Below are positions 7,576 through 16,149 of a stretch of DNA of 24,830 nt, one piece after another. The position numbers and the translations under genes were made by a program. The notes under the pieces are model-generated. The model ran no database searches and was not told where the DNA came from. It saw only the letters and a program-made list of their open reading frames with translations. Every line of letters begins with the position of its first letter. The stretch's first letter is position 1. The DNA is from a virus (taxonomy: Duplodnaviria > Caudoviricetes), in IMG/VR virus record IMGVR_UViG_3300035135_001127, positions 1 to 24,830 of that record; one strand, written 5' to 3'.

Positions 7576-9361
7576 GGATATCCAGAGCATCGTCAAGACC
7601 AGATCTATCACCTGCCTGAGATCTTTCAAGTTCTGCGTCAATCTCCGCACCAATCGGATCAACAGAGTTTTGAGAAGAAACAAAGTCTTTTTCCTCTTGA
7701 GCGATTTGTTTTGTTTCAGAGTTAGACTCACCAACCTCAAGATCTTGAATTGGTTTCTCTGCTCCTGCTGTTTTATTGTTAACGTCTGGAGTTCCTTTTT
7801 GTGGTTCTATGAAAGGTTCTCCTTTGGCAGATTCAGTTGCATTCTCAGAGTTAACAGCTTCATCAACTGATTTATTACTTGGTTGATTTGCAGATGACTG
7901 AGCATCTCCACCGGAACAAAGTGTATAATAGTCGTTTATCGCTTCACTAGGAGCGAGTTCACATCCAAATACATTTAGAGAAATATTACTAAAAGAAAGT
8001 GCCGATGTAATACTACCACCAATGTCGGGAATAGAAGTGCTGATGTCAGCAAATGATGCGCTGACTCCTGACATCTTTTCAGTAACGTCCTTCAGATATG
8101 CATCTACATTAGCAACCATATTTGCATTCGCTTGTTCAATTTGATCTTTAGAACCACTTAATACGCTACTAACAACTCCTTCACAATAGCACATTGGAAC
8201 CTTAGGAATTGTGGTTGCTCCTGGACGACGACCTTCTTCATCTTCACCATTAGCAACTAAGTCACGAACCTGTTTCTCAAGACCTGGCAAGTCTAAAGTA
8301 TCACTAAGAGTACCTGCGACTGTTTCTGTTAAATTATCAGTGAGGCCGCCATAGAGACATAAGGTAAGTTCTGTAAGAATTTCTTTCATATCTGCAAACT
8401 GAAATCTCAAACTAGATGGCAGAGCAGAAACTACTTTATTCATTGCTTTATTAAACACCTTCGTGGCATATTCCATAACTTTATCGTATATGATTTTCAT
8501 ATACTTTGCTATCTCTGCAGAGAAACTAGTAACAGCAGACTGAATGTTTTCGATAACATTACTTACAGCATCAACATAACTTTGAAGTGATTGCAAATAC
8601 TTGTCAATTTTCTTTGTGAGATTATCAATGGCAGTCTGTATGCCTTTCATTGCAGAGTCAACTATTTTATCTGGATCTGGTTTTAACATCACAATCTTTT
8701 CATCACACTTCTCCTGTCGTTTGACATCAGCAGAAGAAATATTATGCACACTGTCTGCATTTTCAAAGGTAGCTCCAGGAGCAGGTGCTGCATTTGGACC
8801 TGCCTCACCACCACCAGAGTTTTGTGCTGGTTGTTTAATTACTCTATCAGAGTCTGGAGGCACTTCTCGACTACTTCCAGCTTTCTCTTTTGTACCTGTA
8901 GCATAACCACTCTTTGCAATGCTACCTGGTTGAGTATCTGTAACTGTATCTGCAACTGTACTATTCTTTTGTGCTAATACTGTTTGAGAATTATTGCCAA
9001 GGATTCCCATGATAACAGGAACTTGTCTTTCTTGACCATCAAGAAAGAAACCAAACACCATATTTCCTTGACGGAGTTGTGATGTCTGTCTTGCTCCTCC
9101 TTGACCACCACCAGCAGTGACAGGATACATGATCTGTGCCCATGGCAACTGGTCTGATGGAATAGTTACCTCACCTTGGTCATGAAGACCAATGATTCTT
9201 ACCTTATATCTTCTACCCCACCCAGGAATACTGTTTTTATCCTCAAATTTTCCGGCACTAATATTTTCCCTCCAGGTGGAGTCGTCAGCAATTTGACCAA
9301 CCCACCAAAGAAAACTTCCTCCTAGAAATCCAGGATTAAATAGTGCTCCAGATCCTTCCAT
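7571..9361 (-). CDS. gp5: Baseplate hub/central spike gp5, N-terminal OB-fold part; no lysozyme domain visible
   Basis: gp5-type N-terminus FLWWVGQI...GRRYKVRIIGLH...LPWAQIMYP...GNMVFGFFLDGQERQVPVIMG, followed by a helical region and an acidic low-complexity tail. Confidence 0.88.
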   Translation of the reverse strand: MEGSGALFNPGFLGGSFLWWVGQIADDSTWRENISAGKFEDKNSIPGWGRRYKVRIIGLHDQGEVTIPSDQLPWAQIMYPVTAGGGQGGARQTSQLRQGNMVFGFFLDGQERQVPVIMGILGNNSQTVLAQKNSTVADTVTDTQPGSIAKSGYATGTKEKAGSSREVPPDSDRVIKQPAQNSGGGEAGPNAAPAPGATFENADSVHNISSADVKRQEKCDEKIVMLKPDPDKIVDSAMKGIQTAIDNLTKKIDKYLQSLQSYVDAVSNVIENIQSAVTSFSAEIAKYMKIIYDKVMEYATKVFNKAMNKVVSALPSSLRFQFADMKEILTELTLCLYGGLTDNLTETVAGTLSDTLDLPGLEKQVRDLVANGEDEEGRRPGATTIPKVPMCYCEGVVSSVLSGSKDQIEQANANMVANVDAYLKDVTEKMSGVSASFADISTSIPDIGGSITSALSFSNISLNVFGCELAPSEAINDYYTLCSGGDAQSSANQPSNKSVDEAVNSENATESAKGEPFIEPQKGTPDVNNKTAGAEKPIQDLEVGESNSETKQIAQEEKDFVSSQNSVDPIGAEIDAELERSQAGDRSGLDDALDIQ

Positions 9362-9579
9362 TAATCCTCGTAAATTCTACACTCATCCGCTTCTGGATTT
9401 TCATCACAATACATTTCAAATGCTGTTGGATCGTGATCATCATCAGGATGATTTGCTTGATACTGTTCCAGATGATCAAGTTCATCTGCTACATGACGAC
9501 GCATCTGTGGAGAAAGTGTTGCGTTCTCCAGCATGTCTTTGTCATCATTAATGTGTTGTTGAATGCTTCTGTCTGACAT
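9361..9579 (-). CDS. cp12: CP12 Calvin-cycle inhibitor (auxiliary metabolic gene)
   Basis: 72-aa acidic protein ending FEMYCDENPEADECRIYED, the CP12 C-terminal CxxxPxxxxCxxY(D/E)D motif. It lacks the N-terminal Cys pair, as in marine picocyanobacterial and phage CP12. Confidence 0.95.
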   Translation of the reverse strand: MSDRSIQQHINDDKDMLENATLSPQMRRHVADELDHLEQYQANHPDDDHDPTAFEMYCDENPEADECRIYED

Positions 9580-9585
9580 AATAGT

Positions 9586-10917
9586 TTACCTTGATACTGG
9601 TTTTCTTCCGATAGAATCTCTGGATAAGTTACATCTTGTGAATGTAGACTTAGAAGTTATTGTATGGCAGATATCAGTTATAATATATAGTCCACCATCT
9701 TGGTCATCTGGTTTTGAAGTTTTCTTTTCTTGAAGACCAGGAACATCTAAGTGCATCATATCTCCTGCATGAAGTGCAAAGTTACCAGGGATAACAATGT
9801 CTGCTTGAGCGGAGAAGAACTGATTATACCTCATAATAGCCTGGTTTTCAATCTCAGCACCTTTAAAGTTTTCTTCTTGTGACTTTTGTATCTGCTGGTC
9901 TGTGTCACCAGTTGGTAAAGTTCCTTTATCTATTAAACGATAAGTCGTTCTCGTAAAGTCTTCATTTTTTCCAGGTCTATCAAACTCTTTATTTCTAAGT
10001 TTACTTGAGAGTGCTAGTCCTTTCTTTCCAGCAGTTTTTAAAGCATCCTCAGTATCATCTGTTTTTGGATTGATAACTTCATAAAAACAATTGAATGGAT
10101 CAAATATAACTTGTCGTGTTGATAATGCACCCATCTTCATCTTTTCTTGAACGTTTACATTATCCTTTTTATTATACTCTAAAGTCTTAAAGTCTTTCCC
10201 TTCGGGAAGACTGCCGCCACCGGTGTCAGGTGTTTCATTATAAATTGTCTTTGCCTTTGGTTCTTGATTCATCAGGCCATCAATAGACTTAAGAAAAAAA
10301 CCTTCTGATGTTTCATAGAAAAGGTATCCAGCAGTCTTACCGGGAGTTTGATTCTCTGCAGAGACAGACTTCTTACATAAGTTGCTAATGAAATAGAAAG
10401 GTTTAGTATTATTACCAGTGATGTTCAAGTTATTGGATGTTGGTTCAGCATCCAATTTCTTTTCAGATTCAAGAATCTCTGTAAGGACTGCTTGAATATG
10501 ATCAGATGGTTTCCCATCATATCTTGCTTTCACTCTTGTTTTCTCATTCATAAGATATTCTTTTGATACCAAATCAATAGATAAAATAGACTTTTGAGTT
10601 GAGTTAGAGATAGGAGTAAATTTATTCACATATAACGTGACAGATATTTTATTCTTTGCGTTATCTTCAAACTCTAGTTTCACCTGCTCCTCACCAACTA
10701 AAGGCAGTCCATCCCTCACACTCTTCCCATCAACACTAGCACCACTATCAACAAACGTAAAATGAGCCGTGACAGTATCACTCATTACGCTTTCGCGGTA
10801 GACAAGTTGGCTAAAACCACCAAGCAAACTTACAGACTTACCCGTAGAGTTGGAGATTATATCCAACTTAGTTACATTAGATGGTTCTGTACCTTTGGTT
10901 GCTACTTGGACGTTCAT
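9586..10917 (-). CDS. Probable baseplate hub protein (gp27/gpD/VgrG-N-like)
   Basis: GYLFYETSEGFFLKSID and C-terminal IVIPGNFALHAGD...GLYIITDICHTI...LSRDS pattern typical of contractile-tail hub proteins. Position between the tape-measure-like genes and gp5; GAGG Shine-Dalgarno-like sequence upstream. Confidence 0.65.
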   Translation of the reverse strand: MNVQVATKGTEPSNVTKLDIISNSTGKSVSLLGGFSQLVYRESVMSDTVTAHFTFVDSGASVDGKSVRDGLPLVGEEQVKLEFEDNAKNKISVTLYVNKFTPISNSTQKSILSIDLVSKEYLMNEKTRVKARYDGKPSDHIQAVLTEILESEKKLDAEPTSNNLNITGNNTKPFYFISNLCKKSVSAENQTPGKTAGYLFYETSEGFFLKSIDGLMNQEPKAKTIYNETPDTGGGSLPEGKDFKTLEYNKKDNVNVQEKMKMGALSTRQVIFDPFNCFYEVINPKTDDTEDALKTAGKKGLALSSKLRNKEFDRPGKNEDFTRTTYRLIDKGTLPTGDTDQQIQKSQEENFKGAEIENQAIMRYNQFFSAQADIVIPGNFALHAGDMMHLDVPGLQEKKTSKPDDQDGGLYIITDICHTITSKSTFTRCNLSRDSIGRKPVSR

Positions 10918-10937
10918 TCTTTAACTACCTCTTCTTG

Positions 10938-10945
10938 TATTTAAC
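10938..10945 (-). promoter_or_regulatory. Candidate late promoter variant (GTTAAATA)
   Basis: TAAATA core overlaps the stop of 10941..13457, 20 nt upstream of the hub gene. Same octamer as at 2989-2996. Confidence 0.45.
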
Positions 10946-13457
10946 CTTGGAAATCCAAGAACTCAGAGAAGTTCTGAGGACTGCCTGCTGATGCGAAATT
11001 CATCATGGACGATGAACCATATTGAGGTGCTGACTGTTGAGGTTGGGGTGGATCAGATTGAGGAACTACAATAGTCTGCCCTGCTCTTGGGTCATATGAT
11101 GTATATTGTTGAAGTGCCTCTCTAATTCCTTTTACATCCTTCGCCTGGTTCATTGCCAGTTGCAGTCCAGGAAATACCTCCTCGATTGCTTCGCTGGAGT
11201 CAGCATCTGTAACAAATTCAGTTCCGCCAAGGTTGGCAAACAGACCTTTACCAATAAATCCACCCTTGTCCTTTACCTCAATATGCATATGAGTTGGATG
11301 ACCATGACTACCAGGGCCTTGCTTTTGACCTGGAGAATACATACCACCCCAACTATCATGAATCAACATCTTAATGGCAGGATTATCTTGGAGAGATGTT
11401 AAGACGGAACGATATCTGGCTTTGGAATCTTCAAGAGATCCTCTCCAATCCGTTACATCAATAGCTCTACCATCATAGTGCCCTGCTCCTTTGTGGACAT
11501 TGGATACAGATCCCTCTCCAGGTGTATATGTTCCACCAGAAGCAGTAGGAGTTTTAGTAAAGTCTGGGTGCTCTGCAACAGAGAATCCTTCAGAGATTAA
11601 GTCCTTACCAATATTAACAATATTAGAACCACTGACACTAATGTCTCCACCGTCAGAGCTAGTGGTGGGTTGTCCACCGTCAGAGCTAGTGGTGGGTTGT
11701 CCATTATATGCAGATGAAGGTGGTGTAAATGATTGTCCTGTTGATTCTCCAAGTAATTTTTTCCAGTCTTGTGGGATGCTAGATGGTATGGGATCAGTTT
11801 TTCCTTTTTGTTCTGCATAATGATAAAAATTTCCTTTTTTATCAAACATAATATCAGTGGCTCCCATGTATTGTCCCATGCTACTGACTGCCTTAAAGTC
11901 AGTTCTACCATTCAATTTCTTTAATGCTTCAACAATTTTACCTTGATTATTTTTTAATTTTTCAGCAAGTTTTGGATCTCTATATGCCTTACCACTGAAC
12001 ACTGCCTCAAATTGGCCAGGAGCAGTGCCAACTCCCATAATTGTATTTGGATACCTAGGATCAGCAACTCTATTCAGAACTGCAGCAGCAACACCATATT
12101 CATCATCAGTATTTCTGAGTGCTTCATGACTAACAATGAAGGCAAGATCACTAAAGTCTTGATCTGTCATGTCTTTCAAAGAACCACCACCAGACCCAAG
12201 AGATGTTATCGGTGCTGTACCCGTACCAGTTGAGGGGTCACTAGATCCTTTTGCTTTATCCAAACTAGAATCTCTATCACCAATCTCAAGTGGTTTTTTC
12301 TTAGCAAAGAATGTATCATATAACCACTTACCTGCTACATCACCAGCAAGAGCACCCAATGCGCCACCAACAAAGTTTCCTGCAAAAGGAATGATAGATC
12401 CAGCAGTAGCACCAAGAGCACCAAAGATAGTAGAACCAATAGCAGCAAATGCAGCTCTGCCAACTGGTTCTTTGAAAACAAAGTAATTAAGAGCAAAGTC
12501 AATTAGTCCACCAATAATTGGTATTCTCTTTACAATAGGACTAATAAATTTTTTGACAAATTTTAATGTTGCTTTTGTTCCACCTTTTCCTAAAGTCGCA
12601 ACTAAACCTTTTCTGGCAAGTTTAGTAGCGGCAGATCTTCCTGCGGGCCCAGCAACTTTTTTTGCAGCAGATTTGCCACCAAGTCCACCAAGAGATTTTG
12701 CCCCCAAAGCGAATGCTAATGCTGTAATAGCAACTTCAACTGCTTTCATTATCTTGACAAAGGCACCCTCCAAATTTTCACCACCAATATTTTTGAGAGT
12801 ATTTTTAGTCCAATCATATGCTCCATATGCAGCATCAACAAAGGTAGCAAAACCGTCTATTAGTTTAATACCAACATCAACTAAAAACTCACCTATAGGA
12901 GCAATAAAGTTAACAATCTTAAGTAGTTGTGGAATGTATTCAACTAGTCTTACTGCAAAGAAACCTAGAATGGTATTGGTAATAAAGTTTGATATCCAAC
13001 CAAGAAGTCCCATGCGTGGTGCAGAGGGCATCTTTACTTTCGTTTTTTCCTTTGTTTTTTTAGTTTCTAACTTTGTTTCTTGTTTCTTTCTAGAAGCACG
13101 TTGCTCCTCTTTTTTCTTATTCTCTTGTTCTTTTTTCTCTGCTGCTAATGTTCCCTTTAAAATACTTTTAATTTGAATAACATTCGCATTAATAGATTCA
13201 AGAGGATTAGTAGATGCTGAAGAGGTTTCTTGAGAGCCACCTTGCAATGCAGGAGGTACAGAAACCATAGAAGTTTTTGGTCTTACTGCTAGAGCACCTC
13301 TCTCACCACCAACTTCTTGTCCGCCAGGTTTCGTTTTACCTGGTTGCATTCTGGTCTTACGACCTATCAGTTTAGAAGCAGCGGCTCTACCACCCTGCCT
13401 CGCTAGTGCTCCGCTGCCTACTCTTAATCCTGCTCCTAGTAATGCTGGTAATGCCAT
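10941..13457 (-). CDS. Tape-measure-like virion protein with a SleB/Hydrolase_2-like lytic transglycosylase domain and an M15-like zinc peptidase domain
   Basis: Coiled-coil and Gly/Ala-rich amphipathic N-terminal half. LAFIVSHEA...VAAAVLNRVADPRYPNTI...PGQFEAV is SleB-like (about 11810-12150). HYDGRAID (H-x6-D) with HMH is an LAS/M15-type Zn site (about 11270-11620). Confidence 0.7.
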   Translation of the reverse strand: MALPALLGAGLRVGSGALARQGGRAAASKLIGRKTRMQPGKTKPGGQEVGGERGALAVRPKTSMVSVPPALQGGSQETSSASTNPLESINANVIQIKSILKGTLAAEKKEQENKKKEEQRASRKKQETKLETKKTKEKTKVKMPSAPRMGLLGWISNFITNTILGFFAVRLVEYIPQLLKIVNFIAPIGEFLVDVGIKLIDGFATFVDAAYGAYDWTKNTLKNIGGENLEGAFVKIMKAVEVAITALAFALGAKSLGGLGGKSAAKKVAGPAGRSAATKLARKGLVATLGKGGTKATLKFVKKFISPIVKRIPIIGGLIDFALNYFVFKEPVGRAAFAAIGSTIFGALGATAGSIIPFAGNFVGGALGALAGDVAGKWLYDTFFAKKKPLEIGDRDSSLDKAKGSSDPSTGTGTAPITSLGSGGGSLKDMTDQDFSDLAFIVSHEALRNTDDEYGVAAAVLNRVADPRYPNTIMGVGTAPGQFEAVFSGKAYRDPKLAEKLKNNQGKIVEALKKLNGRTDFKAVSSMGQYMGATDIMFDKKGNFYHYAEQKGKTDPIPSSIPQDWKKLLGESTGQSFTPPSSAYNGQPTTSSDGGQPTTSSDGGDISVSGSNIVNIGKDLISEGFSVAEHPDFTKTPTASGGTYTPGEGSVSNVHKGAGHYDGRAIDVTDWRGSLEDSKARYRSVLTSLQDNPAIKMLIHDSWGGMYSPGQKQGPGSHGHPTHMHIEVKDKGGFIGKGLFANLGGTEFVTDADSSEAIEEVFPGLQLAMNQAKDVKGIREALQQYTSYDPRAGQTIVVPQSDPPQPQQSAPQYGSSSMMNFASAGSPQNFSEFLDFQG
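11646..11703. repeat. Perfect 27-bp tandem duplication (2 copies plus 4 nt), in frame
   Basis: tccaccgtcagagctagtggtgggttg occurs twice and encodes GQPTTSSDG twice in the linker between the two hydrolase-like domains. Confidence 0.95.
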
Positions 13458-13467
13458 ATCTTACTCC

Positions 13468-15978
13468 TTAGAACGGCATTGAGATGCCAAAGATTTTAAA
13501 CTTGTTCTCATTACCATTACCAGTTGGTTGTGCCTCAATATTAGATCCACCACCGCCGCCACCAGCGGAAGAATCTCCCCCTTGAGGAGCAGGTGTAGAT
13601 ACAACATTTACCTTTGGTTCCTGTGGTGGTGGAGGTGGTGTCGTCTTAGGTGGTGTTGTTTTTAACTTTACTTGACTTTGTTGTGCTTTGAACTTTTTAA
13701 AGTCAGAGAATCTCATACCAAAATCATCAAGGTCACTACCACCTCTGACTTTTTCAAACAGAGGATGGTGCGGATCATTCTGAATCATATCGTATTCTGC
13801 TCTTAAAGCAGCATCACCTTGACTTAATTTTTCTGGACTGTTCATCCCCATAAGTTTTTGTTGACTTTGTTTCAGTTTCTCTTTCTTCGCAGCAAGAGCA
13901 TCAATATCTCTTTGTTCTTGTGCTGTCGGTTTGCCAATGTTTCCATCAACAACTTTTTGTCCTGGTGCGGGTGCGGGTGGTTTTCCCATACCACCAAACA
14001 TACCACCAAACATACCACCAAAAAGTCCACCTGGTTTGCCGCCACCAGGAATTATATCACCACTCTTAACTTTATTAAATTGCTCTGCAGATATTTTCTT
14101 ACCATTTCTGGTATACTGCATGTCAGATGTTTGTCCACCTGCTTTCTGCGCATCCAATCGTGCCAATGCTTTCTGCGCTTGCGGTGACAGATTTTCTCTA
14201 CCAACCACTCTACCTGTTGGCACTATCTTTGACTGTGGTTGCGATTGTGGTTGTTGGGACGAGTAAGTTTTATTCAGTTTTTCTTGCAACTTCTTAGAGT
14301 ATGCCCCAGCACCATGTTTTGCATCGTAATCAGCAATTCTTTGAGGATTGGTAGATTGCATCAATTCACTATGACGTTTTGATGCCTGTGCTGTAACATT
14401 TGCAGCGGCTGCTGACTGATCGGATGCTTTAACTACCGAATCAGCAGCTGCTTTAAAACTTTGCATTGCTTCTTGATATTTTTTAGCACCAGATCTTCCC
14501 ATAGGGAACTCACTTCTCTCTGGTTTCTTTGGACTCTCTGGTATCTTCCCACCAAATTTGATATATCTTGCTCTCTCTGCTTCAGTAAATGCTTTCGGAG
14601 TAAACTTACCTGTTACAGGATTTAATTTGCCTTGAATCCCATTCTTAAGTGCAAGAACTTGACGAGGTTTGATTGCACTTGATGGAATGGAAGGTGATGA
14701 TGATTTCTTTTCGCCATTAGGGTCAGGAGTTCCTCTCTTTCCAAGGTGTCTTTTTGCTCTCTGTCCTCCAACATAACCACCAACAGAGGCATATACTTTA
14801 TTACCTACTACCTTTGGTTGATTTGTTCCTCCACCAGCAGCATTCATTGCCTCCAGTGTATCTACACCATACTTTTGAACGGCACCTTTACTCATAACAA
14901 ACTCACCATCGGTAAGCATTGCTGGAATCTTATCAGTGCCCTTGGCACCGTTTACCTTACCACCACCAGAGAACAAACCACCCATTGGTGATCCAGTCAT
15001 TCCACCAAAATCTCTAGTATCATCCATCTGAGACTTATCAGGATTCTCTGGATCTTTTACAACTGCTGTTCCTTTTTGGTTCTGCGCTATTGCAGCAGCA
15101 CCAAGAGCACCAACACCAATAGCAGCTGCTGCAAGAGGATTTGCTTTTGCAAACTTTGCTGTAGCTTTAAGCAATCTGACAGAACCTTTAACCAAACTAA
15201 CTGCAAATCTAGTGGCAAACCTACCAATACTTGTTCCAAACAACAAGTATGCTGCTAAAAGTTTTAGTCCATGATCTTTAAAGAAACGAATAAGAGATGA
15301 AACTTTCTTTTGATTCTCCTCTTTACCAAACCAATCTATAAATTTAACAAGAAATCTTCCTATGAGAATATTTAAGAAAAAATCAAATATTTTTTCAAGT
15401 AAGGACTTAACAGGGGCAATCATTTTTTCCGCTGTCTTTCCTAAAATACCAACGCTTTTTTCTAGGTTAGATTCCTTTAGGTTTCTATTTGCTTGCTCTG
15501 CTTTTTTTCTATCAGAACTTGCTGCCTTTTGTTTTTGTTTGTACTGTTGTTGTAGAATGCCTGCAATATCCGAAACATTCTTTGCAATATTTTCTAAAAG
15601 ATTTGGAGCCTTTGCTGATGTAGTTCTCCTTTTCTTTTGTTCTTTCTCTTCCTCTGCTTGAGGTTTTTGATATGGAACTAATGCACTGGTCGGTAATGCT
15701 TTTGGTGGTTTAACTTTATTTTTAATAGTTCTAACATTATTAGCAGTTATTTTTGTCTTTCTTACATTAATCTTTGGGCCTGCTTTTCTCTTCTTTCTTA
15801 CTTTTAAGATTTCTTGCTGAAGAACAGAGATGCGTGGATCATTGGGGTTCGTAATAGTTAACGCATTGGTTGCTTCAATCAAGGCGCTAAGATAATCCTC
15901 CTCCATAGAGAGATTATCCAGGTCTACACCCATCTCTAAGAGTATTTCTATTGGATCGGTACTAGTCCTAGATGCCAT
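13468..15978 (-). CDS. Tape-measure-like virion protein
   Basis: Coiled-coil and amphipathic N-terminal half. GGKVNGAKGTDKIPAMLTDGEFVMSKGAVQKYG...LEAMN is a motif common in tape-measure proteins. Lies directly downstream of the gp26/gp51 chaperone genes. Confidence 0.65.
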   Translation of the reverse strand: MASRTSTDPIEILLEMGVDLDNLSMEEDYLSALIEATNALTITNPNDPRISVLQQEILKVRKKRKAGPKINVRKTKITANNVRTIKNKVKPPKALPTSALVPYQKPQAEEEKEQKKRRTTSAKAPNLLENIAKNVSDIAGILQQQYKQKQKAASSDRKKAEQANRNLKESNLEKSVGILGKTAEKMIAPVKSLLEKIFDFFLNILIGRFLVKFIDWFGKEENQKKVSSLIRFFKDHGLKLLAAYLLFGTSIGRFATRFAVSLVKGSVRLLKATAKFAKANPLAAAAIGVGALGAAAIAQNQKGTAVVKDPENPDKSQMDDTRDFGGMTGSPMGGLFSGGGKVNGAKGTDKIPAMLTDGEFVMSKGAVQKYGVDTLEAMNAAGGGTNQPKVVGNKVYASVGGYVGGQRAKRHLGKRGTPDPNGEKKSSSPSIPSSAIKPRQVLALKNGIQGKLNPVTGKFTPKAFTEAERARYIKFGGKIPESPKKPERSEFPMGRSGAKKYQEAMQSFKAAADSVVKASDQSAAAANVTAQASKRHSELMQSTNPQRIADYDAKHGAGAYSKKLQEKLNKTYSSQQPQSQPQSKIVPTGRVVGRENLSPQAQKALARLDAQKAGGQTSDMQYTRNGKKISAEQFNKVKSGDIIPGGGKPGGLFGGMFGGMFGGMGKPPAPAPGQKVVDGNIGKPTAQEQRDIDALAAKKEKLKQSQQKLMGMNSPEKLSQGDAALRAEYDMIQNDPHHPLFEKVRGGSDLDDFGMRFSDFKKFKAQQSQVKLKTTPPKTTPPPPPQEPKVNVVSTPAPQGGDSSAGGGGGGSNIEAQPTGNGNENKFKIFGISMPF
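13987..14022. repeat. 12-bp tandem repeat, 3 copies, in frame
   Basis: cataccaccaaa three times, encoding FGGM three times. Confidence 0.95.
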
Positions 15979-16138
15979 TTTGTTGCTGTGCCTTTAACTT
16001 CTCTTCTTCAAGATGCTGTTGAAGTAACGCGACATAAATGTCACGTTCCCATGGTATCAAATTTTCAATCTCAGTTAATGAATATTTATGGTACTGTATC
16101 AAGGCAAAATTAAGTCTGTAGTAACTCTCCAGACTCAT
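15968..16138 (-). CDS. gp51: Short gp51-like baseplate hub assembly protein, 56 aa (absent from ORF track); possibly the -1 frameshift extension of gp26
   Basis: Manual translation: MSLESYYRLNFALIQYHKYSLTEIENLIPWERDIYVALLQQHLEEEKLKAQQQNGI*. The HKYSLTEIENxxPWERDIY motif is that of the ORF conventionally called gp51 in cyanomyoviruses. Overlaps the next start codon at 15978. Confidence 0.9.
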   Translation of the reverse strand: MSLESYYRLNFALIQYHKYSLTEIENLIPWERDIYVALLQQHLEEEKLKAQQQNGI

Positions 16139-16149
16139 GTGTACCAGGC

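Noticed and set aside
7558-7740. Alternative-frame minus-strand ORF bridging gp5 and the PA14 gene as a frameshift fusion
   Set aside because: It stops at 7558, before the PA14 gene start at 7538, and no slippery site links the frames.
9583-9588. TAAACT as a -10 box for cp12
   Set aside because: Only 3 nt from the ATG and no matching -35 element.
11646-11703. 27-bp direct repeats as a possible CRISPR mini-array or attachment site
   Set aside because: Copies are adjacent with no spacer, are in frame within a linker, and no cas or integrase gene is present.
12553-13176. 207-aa plus-strand ORF and similar antisense ORFs (4753-5259, 8601-8906, 11491-11820, 12169-12486, 13931-14266)
   Set aside because: They lie wholly opposite long genes, lack motifs, and are the expected by-product of codon bias in Gly/Ala/Ser-rich genes.
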